A program made the position numbers and the translations under genes. From positions 864,001 through 928,000 of the forward strand of contig CBDESU010000001.1 in assembly GCA_965242695.1 (NCBI GenBank): 64,000 bases of DNA, written 5' to 3'. This document shows, one piece after another, positions 10,392 through 19,174 of this stretch. Within the stretch, counting starts at the first letter, position 1. Every line of letters begins with the position of its first letter. The DNA comes from Cenarchaeum sp. Its GTDB lineage: Archaea; Thermoproteota; Nitrososphaeria; Nitrososphaerales; Nitrosopumilaceae. The notes under the pieces are model-generated. The model was not told where the DNA came from, searched no databases, and saw only the letters and a list, made by a program, of their open reading frames with translations.

Positions 10392-10700
10392 CTCGGGCGA
10401 AGAACTGTCGATCCTTGGCGACGTATCCGATGCCCTTGACAACGTGTGCGCGTCCCTGCACATGGAGATGCGCAGGCGTCGAGCGCCAGCTACTTGTGGT
10501 GCGCCATCCGCGAGCGGATCGACAGAGCCGAGTCGCTGAGGGCTGAAATTCCTGCAAGCCAGCGCCATGCGGCGCTGGAATGCTTGGCCGTTTGCGTGCA
10601 GGGCGCTATCGCCAGCCTTAAAAATAGCCCTGTGCGCCTGCGCAGCATGGCGGACATGCACGGCATGAGCGCGTTCGAGTTGGAGGGCGGCTGGCGATGA
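10392..10700 (+). pseudogene. Truncated first copy of the two-gene module at 10697..11343
   Basis: SGEELSILGDVSDALDNVCASL vs SGEDASILGDVSDALGSVCASL; YLWCAIRERIDRAESLRAEIP vs YLRCAIREQIDRAGSLKAEIP. Confidence 0.7.
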
Positions 10701-11104
10701 GCGTCATGGGCATGCTCGGCACCAACCTCAGCTGCGCGACGCGGGTGCACAGGCCGTACCGGGATGCCCTGAGGGCCATCAAGTCGCGCGGCGGCTTCGT
10801 GGAGCGGCCGGACGAGGCCAAGAGCCTCTTGGCCGTACTGACCCCTCTGTGCCACCACCTCGGGGGCAAGGCCTACTTTTCACTTGGCGTCAACGGCGAG
10901 GAAATGTCCAAGTTTCTGTACCTCCGCCACCGCGAAGGCTGGCTTGGCGCAAGGGACGGCATACTGTCCGTCAGGGCCAGGCTCGAGGAGGTCTCCGGCG
11001 AGCGGATGGAACTCTCCGGCGAGGACGCATCGATCCTCGGCGACGTCTCGGATGCCCTTGGTAGCGTCTGCGCGTCCCTGTTCGAGAGGATGTACAGACT
11101 ATGA
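10697..11104 (+). CDS. Hypothetical protein (135 aa)
   Basis: ATGA overlaps at both ends; paralogous fragment upstream. Confidence 0.7.
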   Translation: MSVMGMLGTNLSCATRVHRPYRDALRAIKSRGGFVERPDEAKSLLAVLTPLCHHLGGKAYFSLGVNGEEMSKFLYLRHREGWLGARDGILSVRARLEEVSGERMELSGEDASILGDVSDALGSVCASLFERMYRL

Positions 11105-11343
11105 ATACCGGCTACTTGAGGTGCGCCATCCGCGAGCAGATCGACAGGGCCGGGTCCCTGAAGGCCGAAATTCCTGACAGGCAGCGGCATGCGTCGTTGG
11201 AGCTGCTAGCCACCTGGTGCAGGGACATGTTTGCGCCGATGAGCAACAGGGCGCGGACGGGATCGGCCGCCGTTCCGCCGGCGGGCAGCGGCAGGACTAG
11301 TATGCGGGAGGAGAATCCCCGTTCGCATGGCGAACACCGCTAG
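11101..11343 (+). CDS. Hypothetical protein (80 aa)
   Basis: Translationally coupled by ATGA overlap; paralogous segment at about 10480-10600. Confidence 0.55.
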   Translation: MNTGYLRCAIREQIDRAGSLKAEIPDRQRHASLELLATWCRDMFAPMSNRARTGSAAVPPAGSGRTSMREENPRSHGEHR

Positions 11344-11449
11344 CGAGGATGCCGAAGAGGTCGTCTACATCGACGGCGAGCGGATCGAGATCGCCGGCAC
11401 GTACCCCGACGTAGAGTCCACCATAAAGGCCCTGCACGAGGGCGGGTAG
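11327..11449 (+). CDS. Small acidic ORF (40 aa), not in the ORF track
   Basis: MANTASEDAEEVVYIDGERIEIAGTYPDVESTIKALHEGG*; GC3-rich host-like codons. Confidence 0.4.
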   Translation: MANTASEDAEEVVYIDGERIEIAGTYPDVESTIKALHEGG

Positions 11450-11455
11450 TGCGAT

Positions 11456-11766
11456 GCCCCTGTTGTGCTCGCGCGCCTTGGCGATCATATCGGGGACAAA
11501 GTCGGCGCCGTGGTACTCGGCGACCTGCCTGCACATCCTGCCCATTCCGCAGGCAAGGTCCAGGACGACCGTGCGGGGCCCGAGCTCCGATGCGTCAAAG
11601 TGGACGCCCCCCCCCGACTGAACTGCTCGAGGGTGAACCCGTCGCATATTGCATGGACGGCGGCCTCTGCGCTCCCGCCTGCCGCCTCTTCCCAGTATCC
11701 CCTGGTGAGGGATCGATTGCGGGGGCCGCGCCCCAGCCGGGCAAGCAGTCTGCCGGCAATGGCCAT
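11456..11766 (-). pseudogene. Class I SAM methyltransferase, N-terminal fragment (also frameshifted near the C9 tract 11607-11615)
   Basis: YWEEAA...AVHAICDG in one frame, then VVLDLACGMGRM...YHGADFVPDMIAKAREHNRG in another. Confidence 0.75.
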
Positions 11767-11948
11767 GCGCCCGCGCCTTGGGGCCGCATGTATGAGCATA
11801 ACCGGAGGCGGCCTGCCGAGCCCGGCGCCGGCTGCGGGAGGACGCCCCTCATGCGGCCCCGGGCGATCGGCGCGGCGTTGCTCCCGCGGCGCCCGCGGCC
11901 TTCCGCACCCCTGAAGCGTTAAATTACTCCTAGGCGCGGGCGCGCCCG

Positions 11949-12977
11949 TTGGGAAGGTGGGAGCGCGAGGATGCCGGGCGCGAGGATGATCGCCCCGGAC
12001 AGTACATGGACTCCAACATCCAGGAACTCCTCGACGAAGGGGACGTCCAGGGGGCCCTGGACCTGGCCAACCAGAACGTCCTGCACGCCCCGGGCAGCGC
12101 CGCTGCCTGGATCGACAAGGGCGACGTGCTGTACGACATGGGCAGGTACTACGAGGCCGCCGCCGCCTACGACAAGTCGCTAGAGATCAACCCCGAGCAG
12201 CCCGAGCTGCTCACCAAGAAGGGCCTCATGCACGAGACGCTCCACGACTACGGCAGCGCCCTGCTCTGCTACGCGCGCGCCCTGCGCCTAGAGCCCGAGG
12301 ATATGGTGGCGGCTACCAAGAAGGCGCACTGCCTCCTGCACGTCGGCGGGGGCAAGGACGGCGAGGATCCCGTCGCCGAGTCCATTGCGATGTGCGAAAA
12401 GATCATAAAGGCCGACGACGGGGACATCGACGTGCTGCGCGTCTACTACGAGGCGCTCGGCCTGGCCCGCCGCAACCTGGACGCGCTTGCGGTGGCGACG
12501 AGGATGCTCGAGATCGACCCCGCCGATGCCGACCACTGGTCGTTCAGGTCCGAGCAGCTTGCAATCCTGGGCAGGCACGATGCCGCCCTGTCCGCGGCCG
12601 ACGGGGCCATACGGGCCGACCCGTCTAGCGCGCAGGCAAGGGTGGCGCGGGGCATAGCCCTGGCGGGGCTGGACAGGCACGCCGAGGCGCTCGAGTCGTT
12701 CGACGATGCGATCTCGCTGGATCCGGGGATGGGCCAGGCGTGGGCCGGCAGGGCCGCCAGCCTGGCTGGGTCGGGCAAGCACGGCGAGGCGGCCGATGCG
12801 ATGTTCGTGGCCATATCGGTCGACCCGGGGAACGCGACGGCGCTCGACGATCCCCTCTGGAAGAGCATGCGCGAGGGGATCGTAAAGCGGCTCGGCGGGC
12901 GCGGCGCGCTGAGGCGCCGCATGGCCGGCGGCCGCGTCGCCTCGCTCCTGAGGTACGGGTCGGGCGCGAGCACTTAA
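11949..12977 (+). CDS. Tetratricopeptide repeat protein
   Basis: Multiple TPR motifs (AWIDKGDVLYDMGRYYEAAAAYDKSLEINP, ARGIALAGLDRHAEALESFDDAISLDP); start may be ATG 12006. Confidence 0.9.
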   Translation: MGRWEREDAGREDDRPGQYMDSNIQELLDEGDVQGALDLANQNVLHAPGSAAAWIDKGDVLYDMGRYYEAAAAYDKSLEINPEQPELLTKKGLMHETLHDYGSALLCYARALRLEPEDMVAATKKAHCLLHVGGGKDGEDPVAESIAMCEKIIKADDGDIDVLRVYYEALGLARRNLDALAVATRMLEIDPADADHWSFRSEQLAILGRHDAALSAADGAIRADPSSAQARVARGIALAGLDRHAEALESFDDAISLDPGMGQAWAGRAASLAGSGKHGEAADAMFVAISVDPGNATALDDPLWKSMREGIVKRLGGRGALRRRMAGGRVASLLRYGSGAST

Positions 12978-13001
12978 TACCGCATGCGGCCGCGCACCGC
13001 C

Positions 13002-13241
13002 ATGTCGCAGGAGAATGGCCCGCGAAAGCTCGACGCGACGGGCCTGTTCTGCCCCGAGCCGGTATTTCGCACAAAGATAGAGATCGAGCGCATGCAGGTC
13101 GGCGAGGTGCTGTGCGTGCGCGCCGACGATCCGGCCGCCGAGGACGACATTTCGCGGTGGGCGAGCCGGACGGGGCACGAGCTGGTCTCTACCTCAAAGG
13201 ACGGCGCCGTCGTGGAGCTGTCGATCAGGAAGGCAAAGTAG
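13002..13241 (+). CDS. tusA: TusA/SirA-family sulfur carrier
   Basis: LDATGLFCPEPV and ADDPAAEDDISRWA motifs. Confidence 0.9.
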   Translation: MSQENGPRKLDATGLFCPEPVFRTKIEIERMQVGEVLCVRADDPAAEDDISRWASRTGHELVSTSKDGAVVELSIRKAK

Positions 13242-13318
13242 CAGAGCCGGCAGTGCGGCCGCAGGCCGCTCCGTCTCGGATCGTTTTCAGGCACTCCTCC
13301 CCGCGCCAGAGCGCGCAC

Positions 13319-13338
13319 GGGGGGGGGGGGGGGGGGGG
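13319..13338 (+). repeat. Intergenic G20 homopolymer
   Basis: 20 consecutive G seen directly. Confidence 0.9.
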
Positions 13339-13492
13339 TGGTAGCCACGGCCGCCTGCATGCCGGGGAACAGAGCGGGGCGGGGCGCCGGCATGCGGCAG
13401 GCCGGGGTCGCCGCCCATGCCCCTCCCCCCGCGCACGCCTGCGGCGGCGGCCCGCCGCCAACGGGCATCCTGACGGTACAGGCCAGGACTGG

Positions 13493-13858
13493 CTACTGCG
13501 GGAACGGAAGCTCGTCCTCGATCCGGCGCAGCTTCTCGTCGGCCGCCCTGCGGTGGCCGTCGCTGTACCTGTACCCCTCGCGGTACCTGGCCCGAATGCT
13601 CATCGCGTAGAGGTTTCTGTAGTCCTTGCACACCTGCGGCAGCTCGCGCTCGACCTGCCGGTTCCTCTCGGAATGGTTCTCGGGGGCCCGCCCTGTCAGC
13701 ACGACCAGCTCGTAGTTTATCCTGTGCAGGCCAGAGTAGAACAGCACGTTGACCTTCCAGTCGTGTGCATCATCTGGCCGAGTAGCCTGAATCCATTCGT
13801 AGATGCCCCGATTGTACTCGCTCTGCTTCCGGTACCATTCGGCTGTGGGGGCCGTCAT
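13493..13858 (-). CDS. HEPN-like protein (putative toxin)
   Basis: DW.vnvLFYSGLH, NHSER, LYAMSIRARY pattern; ATGA overlap with the upstream small gene. Confidence 0.65.
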   Translation of the reverse strand: MTAPTAEWYRKQSEYNRGIYEWIQATRPDDAHDWKVNVLFYSGLHRINYELVVLTGRAPENHSERNRQVERELPQVCKDYRNLYAMSIRARYREGYRYSDGHRRAADEKLRRIEDELPFPQ

Positions 13859-14106
13859 TGACGCGCCTCCCGCTCGTATATCACCTTGCTGTCGGCAAGG
13901 ATGCCCTCGGGCAGGTCGGGGCCGTCGTTGATTTCCAGCGCGGTGATCATGCGATCGGGCACCTTGTGCTCGATCTCTATGCTCCTGTCCCCAATCTCGT
14001 CGATCGTCTTGGACACCCTGCCAGGGTCGTCGTCGTGGACGACCAGGACGGTCACTTCCCGTCCGTCGTCGATGTACCGACCCTCATGACGTAGCCTAGG
14101 GTGCAT
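13855..14106 (-). CDS. Degenerate minimal nucleotidyltransferase-like partner (putative antitoxin)
   Basis: Acidic 83 aa, VTVLVVHDD and C-terminal KVIYER typical of MNT; canonical GS..DxD motif not seen. Confidence 0.5.
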   Translation of the reverse strand: MHPRLRHEGRYIDDGREVTVLVVHDDDPGRVSKTIDEIGDRSIEIEHKVPDRMITALEINDGPDLPEGILADSKVIYEREARQ

Positions 14107-14278
14107 ATCCTGTCGAGTATGAGCGACTCTAGCCTTGACACTTGGACAGTCGACATCGGCGGCGCGCCGAGGCGCCCCCTGTTAAGGGTTGCTGGGCTGG
14201 ATGCACCGCGAATCGCACCCCCTCCGCCCCCACCCCTCCCACCGCCAGTCTTATAGCGGACGGCCTGGTGCGCGGCGC

Positions 14279-15058
14279 ATGGTCGTGCTGATCGCCTGCA
14301 AGCTGTGCGGCCGCAACTTCAAGCTGCACGGCGGCGGCCACGTCTCCTACTGCAACAGGTGCATGGAGAGGGCCGGCGGGAAGCTCCACAGGGTACAGAG
14401 CCTGAAGTGCGCTGTGTGCGGCAAGGGATTTTCCGCGTCCACGTCCCTCGCCCGCTACTGCTCGGACGGGTGCCGCGCCGAGGGCAGGCGCCGCTCCTAC
14501 CGCGAGTGCTATCGCAGGCGCATGGCCGACCCCGAGAAGCGCGCCCTGGTGCGGGCGCGCGGGAGGGTGGCGGCCGCCGCACTTGCGGCCCGGAAGAGGG
14601 GCGGGCGGGGGCGGGGGCGGCCGCAAGCCGGCAGGGGCGCAGCAAGCCCGCCGCGCAGCGCGGAGGGGATCGCGGTCGCCTGCGACCTGTGCGGCCGCAA
14701 CTTTGTGCCGCGCGGCCGCGCCAGCCCTCTGTACTGCGGGCGATGCACGGCCAGGTCCGAGAGGGAGCTTGCCCGGGTGCTGCGCGTAAAGTGCAAGGAG
14801 TGCGGCAGGACGTTTTCCACGAAGGACCGCATCGTCCGCTACTGCTCGGACGAGTGCAGCGCCGCGGGCGTGCGGCGCGGCCGCCTCGAGAGCGTCCGCA
14901 GGCGCATGCCCGACCCCCAGAGGCGCGCCGTCGCGGCGGCGCGCACGAGGGCGTGGAACGCGGCCCAGAAGGACAAGGCGGGAAGGCGCCGCGGGCGGCC
15001 GCGCGCGCAGCGCCCCGCCGGATCGCCTCCCGACAAGCCGGCGCGCGGCCGGCGCTGA
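14279..15058 (+). CDS. Double-module Cys4 zinc-finger protein (copy 2)
   Basis: Same architecture as 8461..9147; TTATAG at 14251 and GCGCGGCGC-ATG. Confidence 0.8.
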   Translation: MVVLIACKLCGRNFKLHGGGHVSYCNRCMERAGGKLHRVQSLKCAVCGKGFSASTSLARYCSDGCRAEGRRRSYRECYRRRMADPEKRALVRARGRVAAAALAARKRGGRGRGRPQAGRGAASPPRSAEGIAVACDLCGRNFVPRGRASPLYCGRCTARSERELARVLRVKCKECGRTFSTKDRIVRYCSDECSAAGVRRGRLESVRRRMPDPQRRAVAAARTRAWNAAQKDKAGRRRGRPRAQRPAGSPPDKPARGRR

Positions 15059-15227
15059 AAGGCGCGCCGAAGGATCGGCGCGCGAGGGGGCGCGGGCCGC
15101 GCCCCGCCGTGCCCGGAAACGGGCGGCGCGCCAGGGGCAGTGGCGGCTGCGGCGGCGGCCGTACTCCATGCGCGCCTCGCGCGGGGGACTCGCCAGTCCT
15201 ATGACGCAGAATTCGATGCGCGGCGCG

Positions 15228-15483
15228 TTGGCCATGCCGGCCATGTGCAGGGCGTGCGGGCGCAGCCTTGACGCCTAACTGCAGGGAGTGCGGCAAAAAG
15301 TTCCCTGCGTCCGGCCGCCGCGCCCGCTGCTGCCCAAAGGGGTGCCGCGCCGCCGCCAGGAGGCGCAAGAGCCTGGAGTCTGCCCACAGGAGCATGGAGG
15401 ATCCAGAGAAGCACGCAGCGATGCTGGCGCGAGCAGGGGCGTGGAATGCCGCCCACAGGAACGAGGGGGGGGGGGGCGGGTGA
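15228..15483 (+). pseudogene. Decayed zinc-finger family copy (internal deletion and stop)
   Basis: GCGCGGCGCG-TTG start, CRACGRS then TAA; second frame CRECGKKF...CCPKGC...MEDPEK. Confidence 0.7.
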
Positions 15484-15569
15484 CCGGGCGGCGCCGGCGG
15501 CATCGGCGCCCGCGCCCGCCTCATGGCCAGGCCGGCCAATATTATACCCCGCAATCCGCGCGCGGCGCG

Positions 15570-16286
15570 ATGGGCAGGTCGACCGCGTGCGGGCTGTGCG
15601 GCCGCTCGTTTGCGCCGTACGGGGGCGTCAGCCACCACGCCTACTGCGAACGGTGCACGGCCAAGGCCGACAGGGAGGTCGCCGGCGTGCAGCGCATCGA
15701 GTGCAGGGAGTGCGGCAAAAAGTTTCCCTCTAGTACGCGCTCCGTCAGGTACTGCTCGGATGCGTGCCGCGCCTCTAGCAGGCGCCGCCTCAACGCCGAG
15801 GCCCAGCGCAGGTACATGGCCGACCCCGAGAAGCGCGCCATGTCGCTGGCCCGGACAAGGACCTCCTCGGCCGCGCGCAAGGCCAGGGCGCAGGGAAAAA
15901 AGCGGCCGCCCGCCGGGCGCAGCCCCAGCACCGCCGGGCGCAGCCCGCGCGGCGCAAAAAGGCCGGCGCCGTCAACGTGCCGGCTGTGCGGGCGCACGTT
16001 CGCGCAGTACGGCTACCACCGAACCAACTACTGCAAGCGGTGCAGGGCCAGGATCGACCGGAAGATCAGCACCGTACTGGACGTGGGCTGCAGGGAGTGC
16101 GGCAAGAGGTTTTCCACGAAAAACCCCCTGGCAAAGTACTGCTCCGTGGAATGCCGCAACGCGGCCAGGAGGCACAAGAGCCGCGGGGTATCGCGCAGGA
16201 TCACGGCCAGCCCCGAAGAGTACGCCAGAATGCTGGCGCGGCATAGGGCGTGGGATGCCGCCAACAGGAACAAGGGGGGCAGGTGA
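15570..16286 (+). CDS. Double-module Cys4 zinc-finger protein (copy 3)
   Basis: TTATA at 15542, GCGCGGCGCG-ATG; two modules. Confidence 0.8.
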   Translation: MGRSTACGLCGRSFAPYGGVSHHAYCERCTAKADREVAGVQRIECRECGKKFPSSTRSVRYCSDACRASSRRRLNAEAQRRYMADPEKRAMSLARTRTSSAARKARAQGKKRPPAGRSPSTAGRSPRGAKRPAPSTCRLCGRTFAQYGYHRTNYCKRCRARIDRKISTVLDVGCRECGKRFSTKNPLAKYCSVECRNAARRHKSRGVSRRITASPEEYARMLARHRAWDAANRNKGGR

Positions 16287-16412
16287 CAGTGCCGCGGCGG
16301 CGCCCGCGAGGATCGCCGGATCGGCGCCCCCTCCCCGCGCGCTTCTTCTGGCGGGGCAGGGAGGGGGGCGGGGAGCCTGCCGATATTGTGCCCCCTGCTC
16401 GGGCGCGGCGCG

Positions 16413-17129
16413 ATGGCCAGGCCGGCCGCGTGCCGGCTGTGCGGGCGCGGCTTTGAGCGGCGCGAGCGCCACGGCCGCCGCGTCTATTGCGAGCAGTGCA
16501 CGGCCAGGGCCGACAAGGCGATCGCCGGGAAGCTGCACGTCAAGTGCAAGGAATGCGGCAAGGCGCTTGCCACGACCAGCCACCGCGTCCGGTACTGCTC
16601 AAAGGCGTGCAGCGCCGAGTACGCTCGGCACTACAACCGCGAATACCAGCGAAAGGCCCTGGCCGATCCGGCGAAGCGCGCCATAATCCTGGCGCGCGTG
16701 AGGGCATCGGCAGCGGCCCGCGCGGCCCGCAAGAGGGGCGGGAGGCCGCTGCAGCGCCAGGCTCCTATGCGCGTGGACCCGGACGCCGAGCCGTCGACGT
16801 GCAGGCTGTGCGGGCGCAGCTTTGCGCAGTACGGGAACACCAACCGCCACGCCTACTGTAGGCAGTGCACGGCCAGGGCCAACAAGGCGATCACCGAGAA
16901 GCTGCACGTCAAGTGCAAGGAATGCGGCAAGGAGTTCACCACGACCAACCGCTCCGCCCGCTACTGCTCGGACGAGTGCCGCACCGATGGCACGCGGCGC
17001 AGCCGCCGCGAGTGCCGCCTCAGGCGCATGGCCGATCCGGAGAAGCGCGCCACCGCGGCGGCGTACGCGCGGGCGCAGAGCGCCGCCCGCAAGGTGGAGA
17101 AGCAGGGCGATGCGGGCCGCGCCGCCTGA
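16413..17129 (+). CDS. Double-module Cys4 zinc-finger protein (copy 4)
   Basis: GCGCGGCGCG-ATG; two modules sharing KLHVKCKECGK. Confidence 0.8.
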   Translation: MARPAACRLCGRGFERRERHGRRVYCEQCTARADKAIAGKLHVKCKECGKALATTSHRVRYCSKACSAEYARHYNREYQRKALADPAKRAIILARVRASAAARAARKRGGRPLQRQAPMRVDPDAEPSTCRLCGRSFAQYGNTNRHAYCRQCTARANKAITEKLHVKCKECGKEFTTTNRSARYCSDECRTDGTRRSRRECRLRRMADPEKRATAAAYARAQSAARKVEKQGDAGRAA

Positions 17130-17201
17130 TCGCCACCCTTGCCCGCGCATCCGCCGCGTCCGCCCGCCGGTCTCATACCCGCATATCTGATGCGCGGTGC
17201 G

Positions 17202-17370
17202 ACGGCCGGGCGGATCGCATGCGGGATGCGCGGGCGCGGCCTTGAGCGGCACGGCACCGGCGGTGGCCGCCGCGTCTACAAGGAGCGCACCGCTAGGGCC
17301 GGCAAGGCGATCGCCCGGACACCATTCGCGCAGTGCAGGGAGCGCGGCGGCAAGTTTTCGGCGCCCCGCA
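17202..17370 (+). pseudogene. Decayed zinc-finger family copy, truncated at the tandem repeat
   Basis: ACG in place of ATG after GCGCGGTGCG; CGMRGRGLER...VYKERTARAGKAIA...CRERGGKF with several Cys-to-Arg changes. Confidence 0.7.
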
Positions 17371-17658
17371 GGGTATGTTATATGTACGGTGGCGCCGTTA
17401 AGCAGGGTATGTTATATGTACGGTGGCGCCGTTAAGCAGGGTATGTTATATGTACGGTGGCGCCGTTAAGCAGGGTATGTTATATGTACGGTGGCGCCGT
17501 TAAGCAGGGTATGTTATATGTACGGTGGCGCCGTTAAGCAGGGTATGTTATATGTACGGTGGCGCCGTTAAGCAGGGTATGTTATATGTACGGTGGCGCC
17601 GTTAAGCAGGGTATGTTATATGTACGGTGGCGCCGTTAAGCAGGGTATGTTATATGTA
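17368..17658. repeat. Perfect 34-bp tandem repeat, 8 full units plus a 19-nt partial unit
   Basis: Unit GCAGGGTATGTTATATGTACGGTGGCGCCGTTAA starting at 17368, 17402, 17436, 17470, 17504, 17538, 17572, 17606, partial at 17640; no spacers. Confidence 0.97.
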
Positions 17659-17686
17659 TATAAGGCCTGTTGTGGGGGTAGCGCGC

Positions 17687-19174
17687 ATGGCGACAAGTGA
17701 TGAAAGACTAGACGAGGATACAATGGTAGAGCGTATGGCACTACTGAATCCGTGGTGGGCGACAGGGTCTGTGCCGACTTGGTTTGTCAAAGAGTTCAGG
17801 AGGCGCGACCATACAGCCTTGGCGCGGCACATGGACAAGCCCGAGGCCCAGACAATCTTGGGCGCTAGGAGGGTAGGAAAGACGACCATGCTCTACCAAC
17901 TTACCTCTGACCTTCTTTCGTCCGGCACCGATCCGCATCGCATACTGTTTTTGTCCCTAAGGGAGCAGGGCATTGGCCGGAACTCTGAAAACCTCCGGCA
18001 CGTGCTCGAGGTGTATGCCCGCAACGTCCTTGGCGAGTCCATCTACAGCCTGACAAAAAGAGCCTACGTCATCCTCGACGAGGTGCACCTGATCAAAGAC
18101 TGGCAGATCATAGTCAAGCATTTTTACGATCAGGCATGGCCCGTAAAGTTTATCGTGTCGGGCTCGTCGGCTGCAGACATACTGGCCGGCTCGTCCGAGT
18201 CGCTTGTGGGGCGTGTGTGGCATCAGACACTGTATGCTATGAGCTTTGTTGAATTTGTCGCATTCAAAAATCCTAGAATTGCGGATGCCTTGGAGTCTGC
18301 CGGCTTGGCAATGAGGTCGGGCTTGATCAGGTCTGCCGAAGGGGGCGGTGCGTTGCCTTTCTACGAGAGCGTCAAGCAGGCCTCGCTCGGTCTTGCCATG
18401 CACAAGACGAAGATTGTGGCGAACCTTGCGGAATACATGCGGCACGGTGGCTACCCCGCGGTGGCCGCGAACGACAATCCCATGGAGCGGAAGGATATGA
18501 TCAAAATGTATATCGACATTTCGTTACACAAGGATGCCGCCAGATCCAGCAACGTGAGGAACCAGGAGCTGCTCGAACGTACGTTCTACGATCTTGCGTG
18601 GAAGTCCCCCCGTATGATCAACATGACTAGGATGTCTAGCGATTTTGGGGCCAGCAAAGAAACTATCTGTGCCTACGGCGACGCGTTAAAGTGGGCGTTT
18701 CTCGTCTCGTACGCCGAGTTCTACACGCCGCGCCCAGCGATCAGGCACCGCAAAGACACAAAGGTATATATCAACGATGTCGGCATTCGAAACGCGGCCA
18801 TCTCGCCGCTTGCCAGCGGTAATCCTGCCACAGATCCCACGGAGGCCGGAAGGATGGCCGAGACTGTGGCCGCCGACCACACGAGGAGGCTATGGCATTC
18901 ACTCGAGCCAATGTCAACTTCCTTCATTCCGTACTACTGGCACAACGGAGGTGGGGTAGAGGTAGACCTAGTTATTACGCTACACCAGCGGCCAATTCCT
19001 GTAGAGGTAAAGTACAGGCAGCGCGTGAAAGAGTCCGATCTCAAAGGCCTGTCGCGCTTTTCGGCCAGGTTCGACCCGCCGCTGGGCATCGCCGTGTCGC
19101 GCAACGACGTTCGCCTCATCGGGGACGGGGACATAGTGGCGGTTCCGCTGTGGCTATACCTGCTCATGTGCTAG
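17687..19174 (+). CDS. AAA+ ATPase (AAA_14) with C-terminal DUF4143 domain
   Basis: NPWW, Walker A GARRVGKTT, Walker B ILDEVH, SGSS, ESLVGR, GGYP, KVYINDVGIRN, EVDLVI...PVEVKY; TATATAAG about 25-30 nt upstream. Confidence 0.92.
   Translation: MATSDERLDEDTMVERMALLNPWWATGSVPTWFVKEFRRRDHTALARHMDKPEAQTILGARRVGKTTMLYQLTSDLLSSGTDPHRILFLSLREQGIGRNSENLRHVLEVYARNVLGESIYSLTKRAYVILDEVHLIKDWQIIVKHFYDQAWPVKFIVSGSSAADILAGSSESLVGRVWHQTLYAMSFVEFVAFKNPRIADALESAGLAMRSGLIRSAEGGGALPFYESVKQASLGLAMHKTKIVANLAEYMRHGGYPAVAANDNPMERKDMIKMYIDISLHKDAARSSNVRNQELLERTFYDLAWKSPRMINMTRMSSDFGASKETICAYGDALKWAFLVSYAEFYTPRPAIRHRKDTKVYINDVGIRNAAISPLASGNPATDPTEAGRMAETVAADHTRRLWHSLEPMSTSFIPYYWHNGGGVEVDLVITLHQRPIPVEVKYRQRVKESDLKGLSRFSARFDPPLGIAVSRNDVRLIGDGDIVAVPLWLYLLMC

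Noticed and set aside
14319-15638. Long Arg/Pro/Ala-rich ORFs overlapping the zinc-finger array
   Set aside because: Alternative-frame artefacts of very high GC content.
17368-17658. CRISPR array
   Set aside because: Units are contiguous and identical with no variable spacers, and there are no cas genes in the window.
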